From: Paecilomyces variotii | Taxonomy: Eukaryota | Assembly (NCBI GenBank): GCA_004022145.1 | Contig: RCNU01000004.1 | Direction: 5' to 3' (one strand) | Length of the DNA: 64,000 nt | Shown: in pieces, positions 13,147 through 27,136 of the stretch | How the letters are laid out: each line of letters opens with the position of its first letter | How positions within the stretch are numbered: position 1 is the stretch's first letter | The notes under the pieces: model-generated | What the model was told of the DNA's origin: nothing | What the model saw: the letters and a program-made list of their open reading frames with translations, nothing else | Databases searched by the model: none | Program-made: the position numbers and the translations under genes

Positions 13147-14681
13147 TTTCGGGTCGTGATTGCTGCGCTGGAGTGATGGATCCTCCACGCTCTATCGCGA
13201 GACAAGAAGAGCGAAGTCTGCAAAGGTCGACGACAGAGAGGCGAACCTACACCGACTGGACGCCTCAAAGCGCGGTCCGTGAACTGCTCTGTGCTGACTA
13301 ACACGGTTCTTGTCGAAGCAACCGGGAGTTTCGGGGATAGCTGCCGGAGTGGGGAAGGATATCCATTAACTCCGAGCTGCAGGCAGAGCGTGTCACAGAT
13401 CTTTTACTGTGTACCATAGGCTGTAAACAGTGTGAGGGGCATCCGGTGTGGACTGTCGAGAAGTCGAGGTTTGTATTCTTATTCCTTCTCTCTATGTTGG
13501 GGAATTGACATACGATGTAGCCAGTGCATTGCTCTATTTTTTTGTCGAGACGCGACGTCATTGACGATATACTAAGTGGTGCGCACAACGGCTAGAACCC
13601 TGCAGAATTCCCACCTCGAATTATCTAAGCAACTGTGCCGGTTTCCGACGTCTTATGATTCTGTGTCATCAAATTCGAAAAAAAAGAAAAAGAAAAAAGC
13701 GAAAATACATATATGTATATATCTACCTACCCAGTCAATCCTTAGCTTCATGTCCTCTTCGATAAGCCGGACGTCGTGATAGTTAGAGCCAGGTACTTAG
13801 TTCCTTAGTGGTACATCCAGCATGCGCTCCGCGGATCCCCCAAGGCTTAGCCTACCGGTGATCACGGGTCAGTGTATGGTGTCGAATGCATGTCAAGGAC
13901 AGTCTGTGGGTCGCACGCGTTCCAGACAAATCCAGGTGATATGGTGTGTGCAGCAGGTTTGTTGTGTGAAACAGAAGTTCTATTCCACCATATGAGTCGA
14001 GGGCCGAATGTAGCAGGATGAGCAAAGAGGACGTAGACATATGAGCGGGCTGCATCTAAGCATGAATATATTTAAAGGTGAAATCGCAGAGTTGGGATTC
14101 AGGTAATCCAATTGTCGCTTTGGAATAACAAAGACTAGAAACGGCGGTGAAATATTGCCTGGAACCCTTAGGCTTTGTCTTTAGGCCGTGTCAAGACAAT
14201 ATCTGCATCACCCATATGTTCGAAAAGCACGCACCCATTGATGTTATTTGCTTTCCTTGAATCCTTTTGCTATTTTAGCCTAGCAGAAATCCTCTACCTA
14301 CCTAGCGCTCACATTTATTTATCCCACTGGAAGCGTCGAAATAATGTGGTATATAACCGGCGCTAGCTCACTATCATGGCGGCTAATAGGGGACCAATGA
14401 GATAAAGATCTGTGCAGTTAATAATAGGCCATGATAAATTCTATACGTTATTATCCGCAATCTCTTGTCTGAGGCTGTGGCTACTGAGAGTAATATATAC
14501 ATAGTCAAGTTGAAGCCCTGGTGCTCTATAAATTTGGTGCTGTTGCGGGGCTCGGAGAATACAGCGCTAGCGCAGTTAAGTCCGATCGAGGGGCATCTGC
14601 GACTGTGCGTCACTTGTTGCCGCAACGCCGCATTATTTCATCCTTTCCTTCAGTAGCACAACTTCCCATTCTCTGGTCGCC

Positions 14682-16702
14682 ATGGCCCAGAATACCTCCA
14701 ACATAGAGGAGCTTCTGAAAAGGCCGCTATATGGTACGTGTGACTTTTTCTGGGAACTATGACTATGTGAGTGTGCTAACGTCAAGCAGTCTATGACCTC
14801 CCGCAGGAGCTTCTGTCGACATTAACGACCAAAGATGGCGATCAGCAGACACCACTCCCTACGGATGTGGATTTTATTCCAGAAGTACTAGAACGATCCG
14901 ACAAGGAAAATGGAGTCGCCACGTCGACATCATGCGCTCTATGCCAAGTCGCACTACCTAGCTTTCAAGAACAACGCGATCATGTCCGGACCGACCATCA
15001 TCGGTATAACTTGAAAGCGCAACTCAGAGGCAATAAACCTTTGACTGAAGGGGAATTTAACAAGGCTATCGGCGAGTTAGACGAGTCAATATCAGGCTCT
15101 GAATCCTCAGAGTCGGACTCGGAAGGCGACGATGGTTCCAACACTCCAGATGCGACGCTTACGGCCTTGTTGAAACGACAGGCAAAGATATCGCAGGAGG
15201 CGGATGAAGATAATGAAGAAAAGACATTGATCAAAGGAGGCGGAAGAAGTCCTTTATTTTGGTTTACAAGCCCATTACTGCCTTCGAACACGTCTTTAGG
15301 CATTTACAGAGCGATCTTCACGCAGGCCGAACAAGAGGAGCCTGCTCACTTGGTTGACTCCCTGCGAAAGAAACAGCTCGCACCAGTCACTCAGCGGCGA
15401 GGTGCTGCATCTAGCTCAGAACAAGGGCCTTCTGCTTCTGGTCTAAGCCCTCACGTCTTTATGTGTATGATTGGTGGCGGTCACTTCGCAGCTATGGTTG
15501 TCTCACTAGCACCAGAGATTCAAAAGCGACCGGGTGGTGTGGAGGAACGACAAGCCCGTGTGGTCGCCCATAAGACTTTCCATCGATATACAACTCGAAG
15601 GAAGCAGGGTGGTGCTCAATCCGCCAACGATTCGGCCAAAGGAGCTGCGCATTCAGCGGGTTCCAGTCTTCGACGCTATAATGAAGCAGCGCTTGAGAAA
15701 GAAATCAGGGAGCTACTAGGAGAGTGGAAAGACCTCATTGATAATGCCCAACTGCTATTCGTGCGGGCAACCGGGAGCACGAATCGGCGGATCTTGTTCG
15801 GACCATACGACGGTCAGGTTCTCAGGCAAAACGACTCTAGATTGAGAGGTTTTCCGTTTAATACGCGTCGTGCTACCCAAGGGGAGCTTCTGCGATCCTT
15901 TAAGGAGCTCAGTCGCGTAAAAGTGAGCCACGTTGATGAAGCCGCAATCGCGGCCGCTGAAAACAAGCGGCGAGAGGAAGCTGTAAAACCGCAGAAGCGG
16001 CCAGCGCCCCAGGAGAAGCCAAAGATTTCTCCGGAGGATGAAGCCGCAATGCTGCATACTTCCCAGATCCAAGCCCTGATCCGTCGATCAAAGGCACCGG
16101 CGCTTGCATCCTATATTTCGAACAATTCTATACCTTCCTCCTTCAGATTTTACCCTCCGACGTCATCGCAAAATTTCCACTCACCGACACCGCTTCACTT
16201 GGCGGCTAGTTCTAATTCTCCGGCTATTGTCCTCGCACTTCTGACCAAGGCAAATGCGGATCCTACAATCCTCAATGGCGAGGGCAAGACAGCTTTCGAT
16301 ATCGCAGGAGATCGCGCTACTCGCGATGCATTTCGCGTCGCTCGTCATGAGCTTGGAGAGTCCAGGTGGAACTGGGAAGCAGCTCACGTCCCGGCCCCTG
16401 TCTCCAAAGCAGAGGCCGATAGCTCTAGAGAACAAGAACGCAAAGCCGCAGAAGAAGCAGAAGCCAACAGGCGGAAAGCTGAGCTCGAACGCTTGAAGAA
16501 GGAAGAGGATGCAGCAAAAGAGGCTGCATCACGGAAGGGGAAGAAGCCCGGTGGCCGGGCTCTAGGAGCCGTCGAAAAGACCGGTGCTGAGAAGAGGGAA
16601 GAGGAAATGAGAGGCATGACTCCGGAGATGAGAATGAGGTTGGAGCGGGAACGCCGCGCAAGAGCTGCTGAAGAGCGAATCCGAAAGATGCAGGGAAGAT
16701 AG
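14682..16702 (+). CDS. VMS1: Vms1/ANKZF1 peptidyl-tRNA release factor (C2H2 finger, VLRF1 domain, ankyrin repeat, C-terminal VIM)
   Basis: HKTFHRYTTRRKQGGAQS and HSAGSSLRRYNE VLRF1 motifs; TPLHLAA ankyrin repeat; ERERRARAAEER tail. ATG 14682 plus one intron gives MAQNTSNIEELLKRPLYVYDLP. Confidence 0.93.
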
Positions 16703-17449
16703 ATCATAGCTCAACCTATCGTTCCGCGTTGACTCTGAGAGTGTGAGAAGTCCACTGCGGAGGAAGGATGATGCCTCAAGTGCTGTTGGTGTCGCTATCG
16801 GCTATACATGATTTACTATCTAGCGATTAAACATGGATATAAGCGATGCTAACTGCCTCTGTAACATATGGTATGATACCAACTTTCGAAATCAGATTTT
16901 GTCCTCGTCGACACGATGAACTGCATCTAAACCAGCTGCAGTCTATTGCGTTGGAGCATAGCTTGGTGAAACGAGCTTATTCATTACTCGATATTAAACC
17001 CATAGTTTGTGCGGAGTTTCACCAAAAGTAATTGCTCATAGAGACACTTTCAGGATAAGATATGCTTCCACCTCAGATGCATTCGCATGCTATCTGCAGT
17101 TAGCGCTAGAGTGTGCACGCCGTATATGGAAGGAACGGTGTCCTGGCCACCGTCTAGTCTCGCGTAATTTCGACGCCTTGCCTTTTTCCTTACAAGGACA
17201 AGCCTCTTCTCTATCTGACACGAGTTAAAATAACTTCTCAATCGGCTCCAATTTCGTGACAAATAATGATATCAAACAAGACCTGCTGCAGGTTTGTGAC
17301 AACGTGCTAGCGTTGAAAGGTCTGCTATTATCTCGTTGAATTTCTTGCTCTCAGTGTCGGAAACTCCCGTTCTTTCTGCTCCTTTTCATATCAGACAATT
17401 TCAACTGCGTCATTAATCTCGATAACTCTTGCTACTTACCACGTCTGCT

Positions 17450-19947
17450 ATGTCGACTGCTAGTGATGATGCTTATTCGTCACTATGGCCTAGCAGCTGT
17501 GTGGGCACACTTTCACAGTGGGATCCGGAAAATGGAATCACAGGGGAGCCATTCAAAATATACTCTGGTGAGGTCATCTATATTGGAAGGGACTACAGGA
17601 AGTGGTAAATAGATTTCTCCCTACAATTTTCTCCGAAAGCCTGATGCTGACGTGGTCAGTCAATATGTGATCGAGGATCCAGTCATCTCGAACAAACACC
17701 TCCGTATATACGATCATATTCGACCATGAAAATCCGGAAGAGATTGCACCATTAGTATATGCTCAAGATATTTCTAGTAACGGCACACTCTGGAACAACA
17801 ACTGGATCGAGAAAAGTAACAGCAGCGTGCTCCTAAGCGACGGTGATATCCTCACACTGTCTGGGCGTTTCCATATTCTATTTCAATGCGCGACGACTAC
17901 CGCAGAGCCTTTCGATAAAATGCAGGATATGGAAATGAAGGTTTGTCTCTCCTATTGTTGGAACATGCTTAAGTTTCTTCTTATCTCTTCTCCCACAGAC
18001 TTTTCAAAACCGATATGCTATTACGAAGCGCAAATTAGGATCGGGAGCATATGGGCAAGTTCACATGGCCATCAGCAAGGAAACAGGACAACAGGTCGCT
18101 TGTAAAATCGTCGACATCAGAGGGCTGAGGAATAAGCTGCAATGTTTAGAAGCACAGGAAGCAATAATGCCCTCTAAGGGCAACATAAGCAGTTTAGCCA
18201 CCGAAATCGACAATTGCACCCAGGAACAGGCAAGCACAGAATGGAGAAGGCGCCAATATCTACTAAAATACATCAAAGACAAGTTAAAGATATACGACCG
18301 GGAGGCGGAGATATTAGAGAAACTGTGCCACGTATGCTATACACTTCTCATTTGACCGTGAGGCTCGCGTTGCTGAACTAGAGCTAGCCAAATATAATCC
18401 GGATAGAACAGGTTATCAAGACTACCAACACAATGCAAGTCCAGATCCAAGCAAAAGAAAGCTCAGTATTTACTGACGCTGTATGCAGCTATATATTCCA
18501 AGATTTGGTAACCGCTGGCGACCTTTTCTCCTTTCTGGAATACAAGTGTGGAAAGCTACTTGATATTGAAGCAGCAGTGATCGTCCGGCAGATACTGATA
18601 GCACTTGACTACTTACACGAACGCAACATCGTACATCGAGATCTTAAGCCTGATAACATTCTCATGACTTCTCAGGCCGACGGGTGCAGGGTCATTCTCA
18701 CTGATTTTGGATGCGCAAGAGTTATCCAGCATAAGCATGACCGAATGCTGACACTTATGGGCACATTTGAATATGCAGCACCGTAAGTAAAGTATCTCGC
18801 AATAACGACGCATTTTACTTACCTTAACAGAGAAGTTGTCCAACAATCGCATGCCCGCAGAAATGGCTACACAAAATCAGTTGATCTATGGTCCCTTGGC
18901 TGCATCACAGCCGTTCTGTTGACAGGAGGGTCGCCATTTATGGATCCAGATACCCGCTTGTATTCCGAAGAACTGGCACGAGAATGTAACCTAGAAAGAC
19001 TTGAGGCTGATGAGACATGGATATGTGTCGGTGAACGTCCGAAAGACTTTATTTATCGGCTCCTCGTTCTCGATGAGGGTAGCCGTATGGACGTGAAGCA
19101 AGCGTTGAAACACTGCTGGTTCACCAACCCTGCTCACAAAAAAGAATTCGAACTTCTCTATGATCGGACAGTCAAGGACTGGAAACCGCGCCCTTCAAGA
19201 AAACCAGTACTCCTTGAATATCAACTGCTGACAGGGGGGTCGGAGATATGCAGTGAAGGAGACTGTGATATACAAGCAAAACAGCTCGCTGCAACCAATC
19301 ATCCACAGCACGTATATCGCCCGTTCCTATCAACATGTAGCAAGGCACCCTCTACCGAGTCGAGGATACCATCGTCCTCAGTTATTGAACAGATGCTTGA
19401 TTATCACGACGCTCCTTCGCCTACTCTGTCTGATACAAATCTGCCATTCTTCAACCGGGACGGGAAGGAGACTACATCCACAATGCAGACATTTCCCGTA
19501 AAGAAACATGCATGTAATGTTACTGAGATACTTGATGACCCGAATGGTCCAGGAATTATCACGACGAGATTGAGATCTCGCATCCGGTTGCCCTACAGTC
19601 CGGAAGCCTGGTTCAAGGGAAGCAAGAATACTAGGTCTCTGGCAAAGCAAAAGGGTAAAGAGAGCCCTCTGTCTCGGGTGCTTATGACCAAGAGCGGAAC
19701 CTCAGGTACCGCAGTCGCCACTCGAGCTGTCAAAGCCTGGGCAAACCAGAAAAACCTTGCGCCTGAAACCCAAACCAAGTACGGTTTGGGCAAACGACAC
19801 CATATGAGCCACATCTATGATCTACCAGAGGACGAAGTTTATGAGGAGGTGGAGAACACACTTTCCGGAGAGCGCCATAAGGTCCTCTACGGGAGAGACA
19901 TTGGGACTGGAGTGAAGGTGGAATCTGACGAGCAAAGTTTCTCATGA
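17450..19947 (+). pseudogene. MEK1: Mek1-like FHA-domain CAMK kinase with a frameshift in exon 2 (pseudogene or assembly error)
   Basis: FHA motifs YIGRD, ISNKHLRI and YAQDISSNGTLWN. Kinase motifs LGSGAYGQV, VACKIV, VTAGDLFS, HRDLKPDN, DFG and DLWSLG. The frame breaks at ~17706-17711, giving TGA at 17727-17729. Confidence 0.8.
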
Positions 19948-22900
19948 GAGTGCAAGCACCGTATCTATCTCTGCAGTGATTGGGAGCTGAACGCATGGGA
20001 TAGACAATATTCGGTTTGTCGGGACGAGCTGACAGTATTCACTACCAAGGCCATGTCCCAAATCTTTATCACGTTATCTTTCTTTTATTGATACTATGTG
20101 GTCTTTACAAAGTTCATGGCGTATTTTCGTCTTAATACACCCGCCCTTGCAGTCCAAAAATTGATTCGATTTCTTTTCTGATAGTCAGAAATCACGTCTG
20201 AGTTTGAAATTACTTGAATGTGCCAAAGTCTCAGCCGATCACTTGAGGTCTCAGTGATATCTTGAGTTTCTTTGAAACGGGAACTATGCAAGGCGTGCAG
20301 CTAAGGATACATAAGCTCCACCAGAAGACTTCCCCACTGCCGCCCTATCTCGGTAACACAAACCCATAAGTAGCCTTTATCGATAGGCAATTGAGACCGC
20401 CAAGCCGGGCACCAGCACGAACAACTTGTAGGATGGATCATTAAGCTCAATCTCTCGGGTGGACGATGGCTGGCTGCCAGTCAGCCACCCTGCATTTCAA
20501 GATTAGTCGCATTTCCAGATATGATATGCATTGCGGCTGGTGTTGAAGGTGTCATATGGATTTTCAAACTTGTAGAGACGTATCGATACAATATCTGTGT
20601 TGGAGAGTTTGGTACTTAGAGTCGAGTATGATGAATTCATCTATTTGACTTAAGAGAGTAATTAGTTCAGCTACGCTTGCCAATCCGTAACAGTTTCTCT
20701 TTTACAACCATCCAAAGATAAGAGACATAGAAGGGGAAAAAACCCCCCCTTCCGTAGAGAACATTTCCCCGAAAGAAAACGAACAAAATCCCCCAATAGC
20801 GAATTTGAGAGTAACTGCTGCCCACTTTCCAATATAGAAGAAAGAAATACGAATACACTATGCGGAACCGCATTTACTCGTTGACAATCATGATAGTGGA
20901 TTTTCATTCTTTTTTTTTTTCTCTTCTTCGTCTTCTCTCTCTCTGACTTGACGCTTGTCTAAAACCAAGTTACCTACCATCGGGCTCCATAGAAAGACAT
21001 AGAGAGATAGATAGGCAAGCCCGAGCCTCACGGGGTCCATCGATTCGCCACAGACAAGATCGGCCACCAGCCACCGATCCCTCGTCTTCTCTCCCATATA
21101 TCAGTAACTAATTATATAGAACGGGAAAAAAAAAGAATATAATTCGAGCAAAGAAAAGTACTAAACTGCAACTAGAAGGCCAGTTTCAACCGTTGAACAA
21201 GGGTCGAGGAAAAAGGAAGGGGTTGGTGGAGGAGGTAGTCGATGTCTTGCATCAATTTTGTACAGAGAAAAGACAAATCAAGAGAGAGTGAAAACTGGAC
21301 CCCGACAGGGTTCGGTAACTTCCTAGATCCAAGTTTTCAGTGGGGGGAGGGGGGGAGGGTTTGATGTGTGCAAGAATATAAAAATCAAATGCAGGTACAC
21401 AGTGGTGCGTTGTATCCCTTGCTTTAGATGAGATCTTTGGCTAGGTACTCTACAAAAAGGTGCGGGGTATAAGGCTTGAGGAAGGTTGGAAGGTTAATTA
21501 TTTGAGAGTTTGTCTTTTGTAGGTGAAAATTTTGCATTAAATTAAGTTAAATTAATTCTCCTAAGGTTTGAGTCGGGTTAACTGATGGTAGGGAGTAAGT
21601 AGTACATAGTAGGGAGGAGGGATGAGTAGAGATAGTGCCGTTTTGGGAAATAATGCAAGACATAATTATACCTACTATAGTAGCAAGTGTTATGCGTCCC
21701 AAAACAGGATTGTCTGGGTTCCTGATCAGGTTATATTATGGGACTTCCAACTGGAGTATGAAGACAGCATATCAAAATCTCGAGCAGCAGGTTTTGCCTC
21801 GCAGGTTCTTCAGACTCGATAAGGTGGCGTCCTCCTAAGAGGCGGTTGCGGGGTACAGAGTACATGCAGCATATGCACCAGGTGACCGGGTCCTTGACTT
21901 GCTTTGTGCTGTATTGCTTTTTTTTCCCTTCCACGATGGAGTAGATGATACCCTATATCGCGGGCAGGCGTAACAACCCTTTGTAGGGAAGTACCGTTTC
22001 GAGGAGGGAGCGCAAGGGGAGCAAGAGAAGCAGACCAATGGCAAAGGTTACTGATAACGAAATCGGATGCAGTTTCCTCTCGTTCAATGCTCTCCAGCCT
22101 CCCAGGAAGAATTTAATTCACTTTGGCCCTGCCGCGCAAGGGGCGCTTGTACAGTTACTGCAGTATGACCTCAATCGTGAAATGCCGACTGCGTTGCACG
22201 TGGAACTTCACCACTTGCCTAGCGTATCTGCTCAGGCACCGTCGTCGCATTATCGCTAGATAGGTAGTTATCTCGGTTGGTCTTAATCCACTCGCTGGTG
22301 GCAACGGTGAGAAGGACAAAAGGACATTGGGAAAGTCGGAAGCGCGCGGCCATGATTGGGCGACGCGCTAGACGCGCACGCGACACGTGCTGAAACGCGG
22401 GAGTGACGCGAATTCCCAAAGAGGATAAATTGGCTCAACGAGCGGATCGCGAACAAGTCGAAACGGCTCAGTCGACGATGACCGTCAGGGGTGTTTTCCA
22501 AGTCTCAGGGCCGACAAGTCTTGAAGTCTCTGGAACCGGCCATTATTATTACGCATGCTAAGAGTCATGATGCATTATTCATCCTCCCCATTGATTGTGC
22601 TGCTCAATTGCCGTCACGAGCATCGGATGCAATGGAAGGATGCTGCTGCGCGAGTCGCACGGGTGGCTGGGGTCTAATGGAGTCATGGACAGAAAGGAGG
22701 GGATACTAGCACCAAGACGGCAAGGTCGACAGTACGAGTAGAGAAGATGTCTTGCATGATGGGCCGGAGACTTCTCAATGCCATAATGGTAGCACGAAAT
22801 GGGCTCCTCGAGGTGCTCGAGATCCCTTTCTTCCTTACAGGAGGGGGAGGGGGCGGGGGATTATCCAAGAATACTCTAATACTCTGCAGCAAGGAACAGC

Positions 22901-24102
22901 CACATCGGGCTTTTCCTTTCTGTACTGTCAGAACGTCTATCTAGGAGATAGTTCAGGGAGGAGAGAGGGATGACCTCAGAGCGCGTAACTTTCTTTCTGA
23001 GCGGACAGACATTGTGTCCTGAGGCAGGACCAAAAGTGTGGATGATCCTCATGTCATGGAGCTTTAGACCGGTCCCTGCAGGCTATCGATGGACGTTGCA
23101 GCGCGCACAGCCCATCTCGTCCTCTAATGGCACTGCACCGTTGTTGAGCTGCTATTTGACCGGCGGTCTCGTAGAACAGTTCGAAGGCCTTCGTCGACCC
23201 GGCTGCTCAGTCACCAGACCCCGAGGAAATGACCCCTGTTAGTTACTCGTGTCTCTATCTAGACTATGGTATGGTAAGTATACGAATGAGCAGCTCGATT
23301 GGAGGATTGGTATCGTTCCAGCTGCTTCTGTCGTCAGCGGGTGTGCAAGGTACATTGCAAGAGAAGGGGAAAGCAACCCTGTGATCCTCGTGGTATCCAG
23401 CATCCTCGCAGACACCTTGCAGTCACTGCATGGGGCAACGAGCACGCCCTTGATCTCTTCTCTTTCTTGTCTCCCGGGGCGATCCCAGAGGAAGCTTGTC
23501 TCAGTACAAACGCAGCGCTGGGCTGTCCGGTGCCAGCGGCAACCGGCACGCGGCGGAGAAGAGGCTAAGAGTAAGAGGTCACTTTAGCTGGACGAGCTGC
23601 TAGGGGCACGGTCTCATCGATATCGTCAAGGAGGGGGATCCACAAGCTTGTCGTTGTTGTCTGAGTTTTAGTTCTGGTGGCCGTCTGGAGACTGGCGCAA
23701 ACCGCTGGCTGCGAACGGGTTCTCCCACTGGCGTCCGTTCCCGGAACCGAGCGCTGCCCCTGCTAAAATTGGCCCTTCTCGCCGTTCTCCCACTCCTCCC
23801 CCGTTCCCATCTCTCCCCGCGAAAACCACCCATTGCGCGACCGCCATCTTCACTGCGTCCATCCCACCACAGCGTGGTCGCATCGTCCGGAGATTGTCGA
23901 TATCGAAGCGCACGTCCTCACTCTATCGATCTACCGAATTTTACCATACAGAAACCGTCAATCGCCGTCGAGAACCGCTCCGGCGCATAGTCTCCCGCAG
24001 CAAGCTGTGGCCTGCGCACAACAGCCCAGCAGTTCTCCATCACATAGCAACACATAAACTATCAACCTGAAAGCGGAATTCATCAGAATTCATTCACACA
24101 AG

Positions 24103-24891
24103 ATGCTTCTCCCGTCTGCGCTTCCCTGCGACCCCCGAAAGTACTCGGCCCGGTCGCGTTTTGCGGCCAGTCGCCTGTTCTCGCCTACACCTCCGCCGTC
24201 CGACGATGGCTTCTCAGCAAGCAACGGCCTCCTGGGAACCTGTCGCGCACTACAATCTCTTCTTAACAACGTCTCTCCCTCGCCATCACCGCGACGTGCC
24301 AGACCAGAGCGTCTTCAAAGCCCACTGCACGTCAAGCCGCCGACTCGGACCCAACCACAGAGGGTCGTCAAGCGACAATCGACACCACCCCGCGGTGTGA
24401 ACAAGAGAAGAAGAGACTGCTACGAGGATGGCGATACTGAGATGGCCGATGTATCCCCTCGCGATCAATTCTCAACACCCAAGCGCCAAAGGTGTGCTCC
24501 GCTCGACCTTCCTCTGGGTCTTGCGACCTCTGACTTCCACTCTCTCGGATCCATCACCGTCAGACCATCAGCACCAGTCCCTCCCGTGACAAAAACAGAG
24601 AACAACGGGGCCACTCCTGATCCAGACACTGCGATTCCCTCGATTGAGATATCAGACTGCAGTTCCAATCCCACCTCGGACTGGAGTGCGGAAGATGACC
24701 GGAGATTGGTGGAACTAGTCCTCGAGAAGTTCCAGCTCTCCCAGCGAGACTGGGATGAGTGCGCGCGCCGCATGGGAAAGGATAACGACACTGTCGGACG
24801 ACGATGGCAGGCCCTGGTCGGAGAGGGCAACGTCGGTCTTCGACGCGGAAGGCGCATGGTCCGCCGACCCATTGACGAGAACTGGCGGTAA
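24103..24891 (+). CDS. Myb/SANT-like domain protein
   Basis: 262-aa ATG ORF with a low-complexity N-terminus and a C-terminal Trp-spaced repeat WSAEDDRRLVELV...DWDECARRMGKDNDTVGRRW. Confidence 0.8.
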   Translation: MLLPSALPCDPRKYSARSRFAASRLFSPTPPPSDDGFSASNGLLGTCRALQSLLNNVSPSPSPRRARPERLQSPLHVKPPTRTQPQRVVKRQSTPPRGVNKRRRDCYEDGDTEMADVSPRDQFSTPKRQRCAPLDLPLGLATSDFHSLGSITVRPSAPVPPVTKTENNGATPDPDTAIPSIEISDCSSNPTSDWSAEDDRRLVELVLEKFQLSQRDWDECARRMGKDNDTVGRRWQALVGEGNVGLRRGRRMVRRPIDENWR

Positions 24892-26699
24892 ACTGGCTCT
24901 ACCGTTCTCGAACGAAATGACTTATTACTCCCGGATCAGGCGTTATATTCAGATCTTGCCTCTCCTAGGCTTTTCAGGACTTATTATGGTCTTCAAGTGT
25001 ACAATTATTGGGACATACGGAAAAAGGCTTGGTGGCTACCGGCGTTTCTGTGACACTCGGGGTTTTGGCCTTGGGCGGTATATCTTTCTTCTTTCTTTTT
25101 GCAGCATAATTCCCCGGATACTTGGACATGTCTAATCTTCTTTTATTTTCTCTCTGTTGTTGAGCTGGACATTTGGATTGGGACGAATTCCCACTGTAAT
25201 AACTACGTTGGACTGCTTTTTGTTTTTCTTCTCTTCCATTCTCTTCATGTGTTAACAATCTTGCTGAGATGATACTTAATGCGACATCACGGATAGTCAT
25301 TCTATCGCAGTTGAATTGACAATTGATCAATTGAATTTAAATTTGAACTTGATCTTGACTCCTTATCGAATCCACTCTCGAAGAGTTCTAATTGTAATCA
25401 ATCACCATCGCTGCCATTGAAAGATATCACCACATTATTCCTTCTCTCGCAATCGTCATCGGCGGAGTAGAGTAGTTCATCTGCCACCACCCCAACCCCC
25501 TGTCAGTGGTCACGGTTGTTATCAGACTTTCCCCATGATAGACTACTATCTATCCGTAAAATCAAATGAAACCTGAAAGAGAAAGCGGACGGGAGTTCGA
25601 CCGGTCCGCATTTAGTGGGCCTCAGCAGTCAGAACTTTACTCTGTCTGTCTTTAGCACTGCTGTGGCAGCCCAAACTAGTGAACTTAATCGCCGCGTTAC
25701 CTGGGCAATATACCTAATCTAATTAAACACACACCCGGTTTCGTCTGATCCATATAATTTACATATATGATGTTTGTTTGTTTGTTATTATTATTGATTT
25801 ATTATTATTTATCGAGCAACAGGATCCGTTTATGGATTGATTGATTGATCGATTGGCCTCTCTGCATATGTAGCTTGGAAGATCACTTAGTTATGCGATC
25901 GATCGATGTTCGAGCCTGGATTAGATAGGATACTCAAAACTAGCGGTGAGCTTTTTTTTCTTGCTTGTTGTGGAGATCCTGGGGTGGTGTCTTTCTTTTT
26001 TGATCCGTTGGACCGGTCCGGTGTCTCAGGATGGATAATGTTGCAGGAAGCTATAGATATGCATAAATTCTGAGGTAATAATAATAGGCTCTTGTAGATG
26101 GAGTTGGGATTGGGTTATTTGAGATATTTTTGCATGTGAGGTTTAAAGCCGCATTGTTGATCACGGGAAAACATACAGTATATGGCTAGCTGACTAGGTA
26201 GTAAGATACGTAACTAGATATAGGTAAAATAAACCTCCACTGGGAAACTAGTACCCGGAAGCAGATCGGTGCAGGTATACCTATGTCTTTTTAGCAGGAA
26301 ATGCTTACAAGGCAGTGCCAGTCTAGATGATTGGAATTGTTTTTCAATTTTAGGACAGTGCAGACAGCGTGAGGATGGCCTGGATGTAGCGTTCTAGTAA
26401 CTACTCACTTTGAACTTAACTTGCCTTGTATAACTACAGCAAGAGACAAGGTATGATAAGGGGGAGATATATAAGCAAAATTTCCAATCTGTGCGGTTAA
26501 TATTATTCGTCTATTATATCTACATACAAAAGACCAAGTACTGGAATTAAAATATCATGTGTGATTTCGACAAGTGAAACTGTTTTAAAATCTCCAGCTC
26601 TTTTCTAGTCTTTTACGGTATAACTAGCACATTGTAACATAGAGAAGACGCTTAATACTAAATATTCCCCGTAAATAGATACTCTATAGGAATATAATA

Positions 26700-27136
26700 A
26701 CGTAATTCCTTATTAACCTGATTACCCGCCCGACCTGATCAGTGCCGTATTATATATAAAAGAGCCTCTTTTTAGACCTAAATATCTCAACAACTAACTA
26801 CCTAGAGATTATAAGAATGAATATATATGAAATATATATTGTTTAGAATATATCTGCTTAATTTTATTTACTTAGATATAAGTCTTCTCAAGATATTTTA
26901 AAGGTAATATATTTATTAAAATTACAATTGTAATTTATATTACCTAAATAACTAAGAATTTTTAGAATCTGAGACTTTATTATATATAAATATATTATTA
27001 TAAGAAGCTACATATTAATTATTATATTTATTAGGTTTGTGGTTGTTGAGATATTTAGGTCTGAAAAGAGGCTCTTTTATATGTAATACGGCACTGATTA
27101 GGTCGGGCGGGTAATTAGGTCGGTAGGGAATTACGT
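26700..27136. mobile_element. Fot1/pogo-family MITE (437 bp), RIP-mutated
   Basis: TA|ACGTAATTCC...GGAATTACGT|TA ends, ~100-bp TIRs, very AT-rich non-coding interior. Confidence 0.9.
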
